From positions 1 to 64,000 of the forward strand of contig JAUVNS010000010.1 in NCBI GenBank assembly GCA_030599585.1: a stretch of 64,000 nt of DNA. The letters run 5' to 3'. The notes under the pieces were generated by a model that saw only the letters and a list, made by a program, of their open reading frames with translations, was not told the DNA's origin and made no database searches. Of the stretch, positions 21,288 to 31,608 are shown in pieces. The position numbers were made by a program, and so were the translations under genes. Positions within the stretch are counted from its first letter, which is position 1, and every line of letters starts with the position of its first letter. The DNA is from Promethearchaeota archaeon (GTDB taxonomy: Archaea; Asgardarchaeota; Lokiarchaeia; Sigyniarchaeales; SOKP01).

Positions 21288-24200
21288 TTATTCATAGGAA
21301 GTTTCTTCAGTTTGGATTTCTTCAGTTTGGATTTCTTCAGTTTGGGTTTCTTCAGTTTGGGTTTCTTCAGTTTGGGTTTCTTCAGTTTGGGTTTCTTCAG
21401 TTTGAGTTTCTTCAGTTTGGGTTTTTTCACTTGGAGTTTCTTCAATAAAGATTTCTATACTTAGCGTTCTCTCTTTTGGAGCTATCTCTATGGATGGTTT
21501 TTCTATTGATAATTTTCCGAAAGAAATTTTTCCTTTTATAATGAGAAATCCCAATACTACAATTGCTGCAATAATACCCCCAATTACAGAAAATAGTATA
21601 ATAAATGGAATTATATCGGGATTTGGCTCGCTTAGAGCATTTTTTATAATAATAATACTCTTAGATGCTAAATTTCCAGCAGTATCATTAGCATAGAAAA
21701 TAAGGATAACATCTCCATTAGTTTGAGCGTCCCATATTGTTTGGTCAATTACACCATCTTGAGTAAATATAAATTTAGTAGCACTGTTATTTACTGTATA
21801 CCACATGGTATCCAAATTTGCGTCTGTAATTTCTACGGTGAAATTCGGTGCATTAACTCCAAACGTCTGATCCGTTATTGGACTGATAATACTTATAATG
21901 GGTGCCGAGCCGTCCTTTATTACGTTAACTTCCTCAAAATTAATATTTCCAAGAGTGTCATTAGAGTAAAATCTAATAGTAACTACCCCCTCAGAGAGTG
22001 AATCCCAAGCTGCTTGATGAATTGTTCCATTCTCAGTAAATGTGTAATTGTTTATTCCCCCATCCACAGTATACCATGTCGTATTTAAATTTGGATCTGC
22101 AATTTCTATTGTGAAATTCGGAGCATTAACTCCAAACGCTCCGTTTACTATAGGGCTGATAATACTAATAATGGGTGCTGAGCCGTCCTTTATTATGTTA
22201 ACTTCCTCAAAATTAAGATTTCCAAGAGAATTATTGGCGAAAAATCTGATAGTAACGATTCCATCAGGTAAGGCATCCCATGCTGTCTGATGAATTGTTC
22301 CATTCTCAGTAAATATGTAGTTGTTGAATCCTCCATCCATAGTATACCACGTAGTATTTAAACTCGCATCTGTAATTTCAACGGTAAAATTTGGAGCGTT
22401 AACTCCAAACGCTCCGTTTACTATAGGGCTGATAATACTTATATTTGGTGCCGAGCCATCCTTTGTTACGTTAACGTCCTCAAAATTGAGATTTCCAAGA
22501 GAATCATTAGCGTAAAATCTAATAGTAATTATTCCATCAGGGAATGATCCCCATGCTGCTTGATGAAGTGTTTCATTCTCAGTAAATGTGTAGTTGTTGA
22601 GCCCTTCATTCATAGTATACCAAGTGGTATTTAAATTTGGGTCTGCAATTTCAACGATGAAATTAGGAGCATCAACTCCAAACGCCTGATCCGCTATCGG
22701 ACCGATGATACTTATAATGGGTGCCGAGCCGTCCTTTGTTATGTTAACATCCTCAAAATTAATATTTCCAAGAGAATCATTGGCGTAAAATCTAATAGTA
22801 ATTATTCCATCAGGGAATGATCCCCATGCTGCTTGATGAAGTGTTTCGTTCTCAGTAAATGTGTAGTTGTTGAAACCTCCATCCACAGTATACCACGTGG
22901 TATTTAAATTCGTATCTTTAATTTCTACGGTGAAATTCGGAGCATTAACTCCAAACGCTCCGTTTACTACAGGGCTGATGATACTTATAATGGGAGCTGA
23001 GCCGTCCTTTGTTACGTCAATGTCCTCAAAATTAATATTTCCAACAGTATCATTGGCGTAAAATCTAATAGAAATTATTCCATCAGGGAATGAATCCCAT
23101 GCTGCTTGATGAAGTGTTCCATTCTCAGTAAATGTGTAGTTGTTGAACCCTCCATCCATAGTATACCAAGTGACATTTAAATTCATATCTGTAATTTCAA
23201 CGATAAAATTCGGAGCATCAACTCCAAACGCCTTATTGAATAAAGGGTTAATTATATTTACAATTGGTGCTGAGCTATCTTTTATTACGTTAACATCCTT
23301 AAAATTAATATTTCCAAGAGAATCATTGGCGTAAAATCTAATAGTAATTATTCCATCAGGGAATGATCCCCATGCTGCTTGATGAAGTGTTTCGTTCTCA
23401 GTAAATGTGTAGTTGTTGAAACCTCCATCCATAGTATACCAAGTTGCATTTAAATTCGTATCTGTAATTTCAACGATAAAACTCGGAGAATCAACTCCAA
23501 ACACCTCATCCATTATCGGATTGATAATAATTATAATGGGTGCTGAGCCGTCCTTTATTACGTTAACTTCCTTAAAATTAATATTTCCAACAGAATCATT
23601 GGCGTAAAATCTAATAGTAATTATTCCATCAGGTAAGGTCTCCCATGCTGTCTGATGAATCGTTCCATTCTCAGTAAATGTGTAGTTGTTGATCCCTCCA
23701 TCCACAGTATACCACGTGGTATTTAAATTCGTACCTGCAATCTCTACGATGAAATTCGGAGCATCAACTCCAAAAATTTCGTTCTCAATTGGACTTAGGA
23801 TACTTACAATTGGTGCTGAGCTATCTTTTATTATGTTAACATCCTTAAAATTAATATTTCCAAGAGAATCATTGGCGTAAAATCTAATAGAAACTATTCC
23901 ATCAGGTAATGAATCCCATGTCGCTTGATAAATCGTTCCGTTCTCAGTAAATGTGTAGTTGTTGAATCCTCCGTTCATAGTATACCATGTGATATTTAAA
24001 TTCGCATCTATGATTTCTACGATGAAATTCGGAGCATCAACTCCAAAAATTTCGTTCTCAATTGGACTTATGATACTTATAATTGGTGCTGAGCTATCCT
24101 TAATTATATTCACTTGTTGAAAATTGAGATTTCCAAGAGTATCGTTGGCATAAAATCTAATAGTAACTATTCCATCAGGTAATGAATCCCATGCCGTTTG

Positions 24201-27200
24201 ATGAATTGTTCCGTTCTCAGTAAATGTGTAGTTGTTGAGCCCTCCATCCATAGTATACCACGTGATATTTAAATTCGTATCTGTAATTTCAACGATAAAA
24301 TTCGGAGCATCAACTCCAAACACCTCATCCATTATCGGACTGATAATATTTACAATTGGTGCTGAGCTATCCTTTGTTACGTTAACTTCCTCAAAATTAA
24401 TATTTCCAACAGAATCATTGGCGTAAAATCTAATAGTAACGATTCCATCAGGTAATGAATCCCATGCTGCTTGATGAATTGTACCGTTCTCAGTAAACGT
24501 GTAGTTGTTGAGTCCTCCATCCACAGTAAACCACGTAGTATTTAAATTCGTACCTGTAATCTCTACGATGAAATTCGGAGCATCGACTCCAAAAATTTCG
24601 TTTTCAATTGGACTTATAATACTTAAGATTGGTGCTAAGCTATCCTTTATCACACTAACTCCTTCAAAATTAATATTTCCAAGAGTATCATTAGCGTAAA
24701 ATCTAATAGTAACGATTCCGTCAGGTAATGAATCCCATGCTGCTTGAAGAATTGTCCCGTTCTCAGTAAACGTGTAGTTGTTGAATCCTCCATCCACAGT
24801 ATACCACGTGATATTTAAATTCGTATCTGTGATTTCTACGGTGAAATTCGGAGCATCAACTCCAAACGCCTTATCCATTATCGGACTAATTATATTTACA
24901 ATTGGTGCTGAGCTATCCTTTGTTATGTTAACGTCCTCAAAATTAATATTTCCAAGAGTATCATTAGCGTAAAATCTAATAGAAACGATTCCATCAGGTA
25001 ATGAATTCCAGGCTGCTTGATGAATTGTCCCGTTCTCAGTAAACGTGTAGTTGTTGAGTCCTCCATCCACAGTATACCACGTGATATTTAAATTCGGATC
25101 TGTGATTTCTACGGAGAAATTCGGAGCAACAACTCCAAACACATCATTCAATAAAGGACTAATAATATTTACAATTGGTGCTGAGCCGTCCTTTGTTACG
25201 TTAACGTCCTCAAAATTGAGATTTCCAAGAGAATCATTAGCGTAAAATCTAATAGTAACGATTCCGTCAGGTAATGAATTCCATGCTGCTTGATGAATTG
25301 TCCCGTTCTCAGTAAACGTGTAGTTGTTGAGTCCTCCATCCACAGTATACCATGTGGTATTTAAATATGGGTCTGTATTTTCAACGATGAAATTCGGAGC
25401 ATCAACTCCAAACTCCTCGTTTACTACAGGGCTGATAATAGCTATAAGGGGTGCTGAGCTATCCTTTGTTACGTTAACGTCCTCAAAATTGAGATTTCCA
25501 AGAGAATCATTAGCGTAAAATCTAATAGTAACTATTCCGTCAGGTAGTGAATTCCATGTTGCTTGGTGAAGTGTCCCGTTCTCAGTAAACGTGTAGTTGT
25601 TGAATCCTCCATCCACAGTATACCATGTGATATTTAAATTCGGATCTGTGATTTCTACGGTGAAATTCGGAGCATCAACTCCAAACTCCTCATTCATTAC
25701 GGGGATAATGATATTTACAATTGGTGCTGAGCTATCCTTTGTTACGTTAACTTCCTCAAAATTAATATTTCCAAGAGTATCATTAGAATAAAATCTAATA
25801 GTATATGTTCCATCATATAAGAAGCCCCATTCAGTTGAATCTATCGTTCCATTATCGGTAAATGTTACATTTATTGACTGATACGTGATATTAGATATTA
25901 AATACCACTTAGTATCCAAATTCGAATCTTTAATTTCTACGGTGAAATTCGGAGCAGCAACTCCAAACATCTCATTCAATAAAGGACTAATAATACTTAT
26001 AACTGGTCCTGAGCTATCCTTTGTAACGTTAACTTCCTCAAAATTAATATTTCCAAGAGAATTATTGGCGAAAAATCTGATAGTAACGATTCCATCAGGT
26101 AAAGAATCCCAGGCTGCTTGAATAATCGTTCCATTCTCAGTAAATGTGTATTTGCTTATTCCCCCATCCACAGTATACCATGTCGTATTTAAATTTGGGT
26201 CTGTAATTTCTATTGTGAAATTCGGAGCAGCAACTCCAAACGCCTCATTCAATAAAGGGCTAATAATATTTAAAATTGGTACTGAGCTATCCTTTATTAC
26301 ATTAACTTCCTCAAAATTAAGATTTCCGAGAGAATTATTGGCGTAAAATCTAATAGGAACGATTCCATCAGGTAATGAACTCCATGCTGCTTGATGAATT
26401 GTTCCATTCTCAGTAAATGTGTAATTATTTATTCCCCCATCCACAGTATACCATGTCGTATTTAAATTTGGGTCTGTAATTTCTACTGTGAAATTCGGTG
26501 AAATAACTCCATAAGTTTCATTCTCTAATGGACTCATAATATCTATAATTGGCAAGTTTAAGTTTATTGCTACAGTTGCGGCATACCAATCCTCACTACC
26601 TCCTATACTCCAAGTTCGGTTTGGAGAGATTCCTTGATTTGCTTGAATCTCATAATACAACCCCGCACTGCAACCTTGATTACCCGCTCCAGCAGCTTTT
26701 GCATATAATACAGTAGGCCCAGTTTCAAGAAAAGTACTGTTATAATCATCGCCGGGTCCTTCCCGATCAAGTCCATGAAATCCAATAATTAAGGTATAAT
26801 TCTTGGTAATATTTACTGAGGGATTAACAACATTTCCTGCTCCACTTGCAGTAGCGGTAGCTTGAATCGGATCAGTTTTATCATGTTCAGTAATTCTTAT
26901 AATTCCAGCAACATAACCTTCAGTAGTACCCCATGTGACATTATAACTAATTGGTTCTGAATCACCAGCAATTTTATACCATGATGCGGTTGTTGGATCA
27001 ACACTGTTATTTTCTGGCAGAAGAACATTCCAACCGATTGGACTGGTCATAGTATCAGCTTGACCATCAATTGTACAATGTAAAATTAATAAATCTCCTT
27101 CTTGAGTTTGGTTTGGTTTATTTATTATAGCTATTTGTCCACTACCTCTACCAATTTCCCAATCAGTTCCAATAATTGAGGCTACTTTTGGATTCTTGGT

Positions 27201-27350
27201 AATTTCCTCATTAAATAAATTATTATCAATAAGTATCTGGTTTTTTGGAAGTAAATTAATAAATAGGATGGAACTAAAAATGAAGGAAAACATGATTAAG
27301 AAAATTATTATCTTTTTTCTTTTATTTAATATTAAATTCAAGGAATACAT
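21288..27350 (-). CDS. Giant cell-surface glycoprotein (~2020 aa) with 18 tandem 91-aa Ig-like repeats, C-terminal TM and acidic repeat tail
   Basis: N-terminal signal/TM; 273-bp period; dense sequons; start near ATG 27350 (track start is 27386). Confidence 0.9.
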   Translation of the reverse strand: MYSLNLILNKRKKIIIFLIMFSFIFSSILFINLLPKNQILIDNNLFNEEITKNPKVASIIGTDWEIGRGSGQIAIINKPNQTQEGDLLILHCTIDGQADTMTSPIGWNVLLPENNSVDPTTASWYKIAGDSEPISYNVTWGTTEGYVAGIIRITEHDKTDPIQATATASGAGNVVNPSVNITKNYTLIIGFHGLDREGPGDDYNSTFLETGPTVLYAKAAGAGNQGCSAGLYYEIQANQGISPNRTWSIGGSEDWYAATVAINLNLPIIDIMSPLENETYGVISPNFTVEITDPNLNTTWYTVDGGINNYTFTENGTIHQAAWSSLPDGIVPIRFYANNSLGNLNFEEVNVIKDSSVPILNIISPLLNEAFGVAAPNFTIEITDPNLNTTWYTVDGGISKYTFTENGTIIQAAWDSLPDGIVTIRFFANNSLGNINFEEVNVTKDSSGPVISIISPLLNEMFGVAAPNFTVEIKDSNLDTKWYLISNITYQSINVTFTDNGTIDSTEWGFLYDGTYTIRFYSNDTLGNINFEEVNVTKDSSAPIVNIIIPVMNEEFGVDAPNFTVEITDPNLNITWYTVDGGFNNYTFTENGTLHQATWNSLPDGIVTIRFYANDSLGNLNFEDVNVTKDSSAPLIAIISPVVNEEFGVDAPNFIVENTDPYLNTTWYTVDGGLNNYTFTENGTIHQAAWNSLPDGIVTIRFYANDSLGNLNFEDVNVTKDGSAPIVNIISPLLNDVFGVVAPNFSVEITDPNLNITWYTVDGGLNNYTFTENGTIHQAAWNSLPDGIVSIRFYANDTLGNINFEDVNITKDSSAPIVNIISPIMDKAFGVDAPNFTVEITDTNLNITWYTVDGGFNNYTFTENGTILQAAWDSLPDGIVTIRFYANDTLGNINFEGVSVIKDSLAPILSIISPIENEIFGVDAPNFIVEITGTNLNTTWFTVDGGLNNYTFTENGTIHQAAWDSLPDGIVTIRFYANDSVGNINFEEVNVTKDSSAPIVNIISPIMDEVFGVDAPNFIVEITDTNLNITWYTMDGGLNNYTFTENGTIHQTAWDSLPDGIVTIRFYANDTLGNLNFQQVNIIKDSSAPIISIISPIENEIFGVDAPNFIVEIIDANLNITWYTMNGGFNNYTFTENGTIYQATWDSLPDGIVSIRFYANDSLGNINFKDVNIIKDSSAPIVSILSPIENEIFGVDAPNFIVEIAGTNLNTTWYTVDGGINNYTFTENGTIHQTAWETLPDGIITIRFYANDSVGNINFKEVNVIKDGSAPIIIIINPIMDEVFGVDSPSFIVEITDTNLNATWYTMDGGFNNYTFTENETLHQAAWGSFPDGIITIRFYANDSLGNINFKDVNVIKDSSAPIVNIINPLFNKAFGVDAPNFIVEITDMNLNVTWYTMDGGFNNYTFTENGTLHQAAWDSFPDGIISIRFYANDTVGNINFEDIDVTKDGSAPIISIISPVVNGAFGVNAPNFTVEIKDTNLNTTWYTVDGGFNNYTFTENETLHQAAWGSFPDGIITIRFYANDSLGNINFEDVNITKDGSAPIISIIGPIADQAFGVDAPNFIVEIADPNLNTTWYTMNEGLNNYTFTENETLHQAAWGSFPDGIITIRFYANDSLGNLNFEDVNVTKDGSAPNISIISPIVNGAFGVNAPNFTVEITDASLNTTWYTMDGGFNNYIFTENGTIHQTAWDALPDGIVTIRFFANNSLGNLNFEEVNIIKDGSAPIISIISPIVNGAFGVNAPNFTIEIADPNLNTTWYTVDGGINNYTFTENGTIHQAAWDSLSEGVVTIRFYSNDTLGNINFEEVNVIKDGSAPIISIISPITDQTFGVNAPNFTVEITDANLDTMWYTVNNSATKFIFTQDGVIDQTIWDAQTNGDVILIFYANDTAGNLASKSIIIIKNALSEPNPDIIPFIILFSVIGGIIAAIVVLGFLIIKGKISFGKLSIEKPSIEIAPKERTLSIEIFIEETPSEKTQTEETQTEETQTEETQTEETQTEETQTEEIQTEEIQTEETSYE
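21297..21443 (-). repeat. 15-bp coding tandem repeat (TEETQ)n, about 10 units
   Basis: gtttcttcagtttgg repeated on the + strand. Confidence 0.9.
21640..26560 (-). repeat. 18 x 273-bp coding tandem repeat
   Basis: 18 copies of the PNF-x-VEI...WYT...RFYAND unit counted in the protein; antisense shadow ORFs recur every 273 bp. Confidence 0.9.
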
Positions 27351-27503
27351 CACTCCTCGAAGTGAGATGTGGTATGAACACAGCACAAACCATCATGATC
27401 CATCATTTTAATAATAACCTAGAGTGTTATGCATTTATATATTTTTTAGTTTCCGAATGGTTGATAAAGATTTATTACTAATTCTAATTTTAAGTTGATA
27501 GAG

Positions 27504-28655
27504 ATGGGAACTATGAAAATTGATGGATATTGTGATGAGCGCTTTATTTCAGTAAAACACGCTTTTGAGAAAAATTTTGAGTTGGGATTCGAGGTTGGCG
27601 CTTCTTTTGCTGTTTCATTAAACGGTAAATTAGTAGTAGATATTTGGGGAGGCTTTTCCGATTCGGCTAAAACAAAACCATGGGAAAAAGATACTATTGT
27701 CAATGTTTTCTCAACGACAAAGGTCATGACAGCGTTGTGTATTCATCTGTTGGTTGATAAAGGTTTAATAAATGTAGACGCACCCGTCGCTAAATATTGG
27801 CCTGAGTTTGCCCAAGCAACTAAAGAAAATATACTCGTTAAGCATCTTATGAGTCACAGCGCAGGTTTGCCGGGGTTTGATGAAAAAATCCCGGTTGAGG
27901 CTTTATACGATTGGGATCGCATTATAGGTTTATTAGCTTCACAGGAGCCATGGTGGAAACCAGGTACTAAAATTGGGTATCATATGATAACTTTTGGATA
28001 TTTATTAGGTGAACTAGTTCGAAGAGTTACTGGCAAGAGTTTAGGTGAGTTTTTTCGAGATGAGATCGCCGTTCCTCTTAACATTGATTTTCACATTGGA
28101 TTACCAGAAACCTTTGATTCTAGGACTTCAAATATTATTCCTCCCGAAGAGGTTTTTGCTAAATGGTAAATTGTTTTTGCTAAATTGTTTCTTAAAAAGG
28201 CTGTAAAAGTGTTATTCAATCCAAATTTAGAAGATGCCGATTTTAATAGTCGAGAATGGCGTTCTGCGGAAATCCCTGCATCTAATGGACACGGAAACGC
28301 GAGATCGATTGCTAATATTGGATCCATCTTAGCTTGCGGAGGATTGTATGATAAGAAGAAGATCTTATCAATGTCCACTATAGAAAAAGCTATTGAACCA
28401 CAAATCAGTGGTCGCGATAAAATTTTGCTTTATTCTCCTGCCAAATTTGGTTTGGGATTTGGTCTTCTAAATGACAAATTATTGCTTGGTCCTCGAAGTT
28501 TTTACTGGAGTGGTGCCGGAGGCTCTATCTGTGTTATGGATCTTGAGAAAAAATTGAGTATCGGATATGCTATGAATAAGATGTACATGAAAGGAGAAGA
28601 CCCAAGAACAGGACAGCTTGTTAAAACTGTATGGGACGTAATAAATAAAGATTAA
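27504..28655 (+). pseudogene. Serine hydrolase (beta-lactamase/EstB family) interrupted by an in-frame TAA at 28167-28169
   Basis: STTK (SxxK), YHM and WSGAGG motifs; both ORF fragments are in the same frame. Confidence 0.85.
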
Positions 28656-28762
28656 TCTGATGAACTCAAAATTTACTGTGTTTGTTAATTCTGAATAGAT
28701 AGAAGATTCTAAATTAGATTGATATCCATTGCATTTGGAAAGAGATTGTTTCTTTAAATGCT

Positions 28763-29497
28763 TTATTCTTTTTTATAAGCTTCCTTGATTGACATTGAAA
28801 GCGTTTCGTCGAAAGTTTGACCTTCGGTTATGCATTTATACGCTAGTTCCTCAGAGTGAAACAATTCGGTAAAATATCCTAGCCAATAACGAGAATATCT
28901 TTTATTTTGTCTGTGCTTGAATAATAGATGATACTCATCTCCTTCGTGATGGACATCTATTTTATAGAAATAATTTGCTACAACCCATATCTTCTGAACA
29001 GTGGTGATTATTTCTTCAAGGCTAAGACTTCTGAAAGGTTTCCCGGTATACCAAAGGATTAAATCGATCGCGACATTTTTTTTAAAAGGTTTTTCTAAGG
29101 CGTCTTTAGGAGCTTCAGCAGCCGCTATTAACTGATTGAACGTAGTTTTTCCAATAAGCATCATCTTCATCTCGTCCCGAGTTCTTACCCATAAATCACG
29201 ATCAAGATTCTTTTGCCTACCATAATATGAGATTGCACGTTCCAAAAAAGTAATTAGATTTTCCTCTTCTTCCTTATAAGTATCAATAACAGCTTTAACT
29301 TCGGGTGACATTGAATTATATTCGTCATACATTTCAACTGCATCTTTCACAAGATTAGAAATTGTTGTTCCTAGATGTTTATATTTGTCAATTATATTTC
29401 GAGTTGTTTCATCTACTTGAACAAATAAGGGTTTAACCTTAGTATCTGTCTCTTTCGTTCCGCTAGTTTTACTGTTATTTTTTGCCATATTCAACAC
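28763..29497 (-). CDS. Putative regulator: RHH-like N-terminus + C-terminal alpha/beta (V4R-like) domain
   Basis: LFVQVDETTR...TISNLVKDAV; fold calls are inference. Confidence 0.5.
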   Translation of the reverse strand: MLNMAKNNSKTSGTKETDTKVKPLFVQVDETTRNIIDKYKHLGTTISNLVKDAVEMYDEYNSMSPEVKAVIDTYKEEEENLITFLERAISYYGRQKNLDRDLWVRTRDEMKMMLIGKTTFNQLIAAAEAPKDALEKPFKKNVAIDLILWYTGKPFRSLSLEEIITTVQKIWVVANYFYKIDVHHEGDEYHLLFKHRQNKRYSRYWLGYFTELFHSEELAYKCITEGQTFDETLSMSIKEAYKKE

Positions 29498-29803
29498 TTC
29501 GGTAAAGCAGTTATATATATTCCTATATTAACCAATTATGTTAATAAATGTTCAGATTATATATACTTAATCTTCCGTCTGTAACAATTTAATTATACTA
29601 ATATATAAAAAAATATCTATTTGTTCAATATTTTTAAATATTTTTAGATATATTCAAAAAGTTAAGAATTCTCGAACTTAAGGCTTATCTTTCAACAAAT
29701 TTCATTCATGCGAAACATTTAAATAGATACTTATATATTTTATATTTGGAAATATAGAAAAATATAGAAAAATAGAAATAATATATATTAAAATATAATA
29801 AAG

Positions 29804-30244
29804 ATGTCGAGAAATAATTCAACAGTAGGCTCTCTGATAGGTTCTCTAATAGGATTAATCGTTTTTGTAGGTTTTGGTGCTTTTTTTTTACTTAGATTGA
29901 GCCCATTCACTTTCTTTAGAATCATGCCGTTTTTTCCAATGATTTTTATTATTATCATTATAGGAATTGCCGGTGCCGCTTCAGCGAGATCTAGGCGCTC
30001 AACTTGTTGTTCGCAGAAGTCTCATAATCAAGATCAGTCTCATAATCAGTATCAGTATTCTACACAGGAAGTTCCAAGAACAAATCCATACGTCGTTAAG
30101 GCTCCGAGTAGTTCTACGGTTCGACCTATATTTATTGATGATGGTGAACCTGAAAAACCAACGACTAACTTCTGTCAATATTGTGGGACAAGAAAAGAGA
30201 GAAATGCTATATATTGCCATAGTTGCGGCACAAAACTGGAATAA
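29804..30244 (+). CDS. Membrane protein with C-terminal zinc ribbon
   Basis: Two TM helices; FCQYCG...YCHSCGTKL. Confidence 0.8.
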   Translation: MSRNNSTVGSLIGSLIGLIVFVGFGAFFLLRLSPFTFFRIMPFFPMIFIIIIIGIAGAASARSRRSTCCSQKSHNQDQSHNQYQYSTQEVPRTNPYVVKAPSSSTVRPIFIDDGEPEKPTTNFCQYCGTRKERNAIYCHSCGTKLE

Positions 30245-30275
30245 GTGGTATAAAAATTAAATAAGCCAAATTACA

Positions 30276-30473
30276 ATGGGAAGAAAGAATAATAAAAGGA
30301 TAATTTACAATAATTTAAGAGAAAAAAAGCGTTCCAAGCGAGAAAGTATAGAAAGGAACCACTTAGAAAAATTAGAGAGGGCGAACTACAGAAGGAAATT
30401 AAAAGTAAGAATTAAATTGAAACTTAAAAAGTTAATTCGAGTAGTAAATTTAAAAGTTCAGTATTTAGGCTAA
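30276..30473 (+). CDS. Small K/R-rich hypothetical protein
   Basis: ATG-start 65-aa ORF filling the gap between co-oriented genes. Confidence 0.35.
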   Translation: MGRKNNKRIIYNNLREKKRSKRESIERNHLEKLERANYRRKLKVRIKLKLKKLIRVVNLKVQYLG

Positions 30474-30522
30474 TAAATAACAATTTTGGCCAACTTTAAT
30501 AGTAATATAGGGTGGAAAATAA

Positions 30523-31323
30523 ATGGACATTTACGATATATTCTTTAGTATTTGTTTGGGGTTGTTCATCGGGGGTCTTCTTTTCAGCGTGATCTCAGTG
30601 TTCTTAGCTCAGATGGAGTCGCAATCAGTGGGTCAGGAAATAGACTCTGATGTAGATATGGATGTAGACATTGATGCAGATGTAGATGTGGATATAGATA
30701 TGGATGTAGATATGGATGTAGATATGGATGTAGATATGGATGTAGATATGGATGTAGATGTGGATGTAGATGTGGATGTAGATGTGGATATAGACATTGA
30801 CGCAGATGTCGATATGGATGTTGACACGGATATTGATATTGATGTAGATATAGACGTAGATTCTGATGTGTTCGGTACTACAACTTCCCCTGCTCCAATT
30901 ATGTTATTAGCGTCTGCATTTCTCTTAGTATTTGGCATTTCAGGAATCTCACTTTATTATATAATCACCATCGAAGCATTAAAATTTGTAATGTTCATAG
31001 GATCCCCTAGCATTGCGTTATTCACTTCGAAATATCTAAATATAGCTTGGAAACATATTGCGAAATCGCAGTATTATAAAATATCTTCGACGCAGAATTT
31101 GATAGGAAAGGAAGGAGAGGTCGTATTACCTATTGATGAGAGAGGAGGAGTAATCAGAATAAAATCAACAACTCCTATGAAATACGAGAAGCTTCATGTT
31201 ATGCCTTATGACGACACATCTTATTTTGAGAGAGGTATAAAAGTCTATATTGTAGCAGTTAAAGATAACAAAGTGAGGGTTTCTCCTAATAAAATTAGAA
31301 TTAAAAAAAGAGGTGAAAAATAA
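30523..31323 (+). CDS. NfeD-like (YuaF/YqiJ-type) membrane protein with Asp-rich dipeptide repeat
   Basis: 3 TM helices; [12 protein letters not shown]...GGVI OB-fold; lies upstream of an SPFH gene. Confidence 0.8.
   Translation: MDIYDIFFSICLGLFIGGLLFSVISVFLAQMESQSVGQEIDSDVDMDVDIDADVDVDIDMDVDMDVDMDVDMDVDMDVDVDVDVDVDVDIDIDADVDMDVDTDIDIDVDIDVDSDVFGTTTSPAPIMLLASAFLLVFGISGISLYYIITIEALKFVMFIGSPSIALFTSKYLNIAWKHIAKSQYYKISSTQNLIGKEGEVVLPIDERGGVIRIKSTTPMKYEKLHVMPYDDTSYFERGIKVYIVAVKDNKVRVSPNKIRIKKRGEK
30640..30870 (+). repeat. Coding (D-V/M/I)n repeat, 6/12-bp units
   Basis: gatatggatgta / gatgtggatgta arrays. Confidence 0.9.
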
Positions 31324-31327
31324 AAAA

Positions 31328-31522
31328 ATGAGCGTAAGCGAAAGTGAAATGGACAAGAGTAGATACAACTGGCTCTATTTTCATGGCGAAGATGTACGTG
31401 CTAAAAAGTTTCAAAAGAAAATTAACAAAAAACCTACATTAGTTTATGCGATTTTGATAAACACTTCTATTATTTTAGGATGTATCTTGATAATTTGGAT
31501 ATTAGCTAGCTTAGTGGGTTAG
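31328..31522 (+). CDS. Small single-TM protein
   Basis: GAGGTG SD before ATG 31328; C-terminal hydrophobic helix. Confidence 0.55.
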   Translation: MSVSESEMDKSRYNWLYFHGEDVRAKKFQKKINKKPTLVYAILINTSIILGCILIIWILASLVG

Positions 31523-31608
31523 TATATCAATTATAATTAAAATTTATAAAAAAAGAGAATAGATAAAAAAATCTAAAAAAATTAAAAAAAAGGAGGTTTT
31601 TAAAAAAA

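Noticed and set aside
21245-21448. (KKPKL)n and (FLQFG)n ORFs
   Set aside because: Alternative frames of the 15-bp repeat in the TEETQ tail
21490-26346. Series of ~64-aa + strand ORFs recurring every 273 bp
   Set aside because: Antisense shadows of the repeat surface protein
21640-26560. Possible diversity-generating retroelement TR/VR pair
   Set aside because: No reverse transcriptase in the window; differences between repeats do not appear adenine-specific
28167-28169. Possible selenocysteine/pyrrolysine recoding
   Set aside because: The codon is TAA, not TGA or TAG, and TAA ends many genes in this window
30633-30938. Ser/Thr/Ile-repeat ORF on the - strand
   Set aside because: Antisense of the NfeD Asp-repeat
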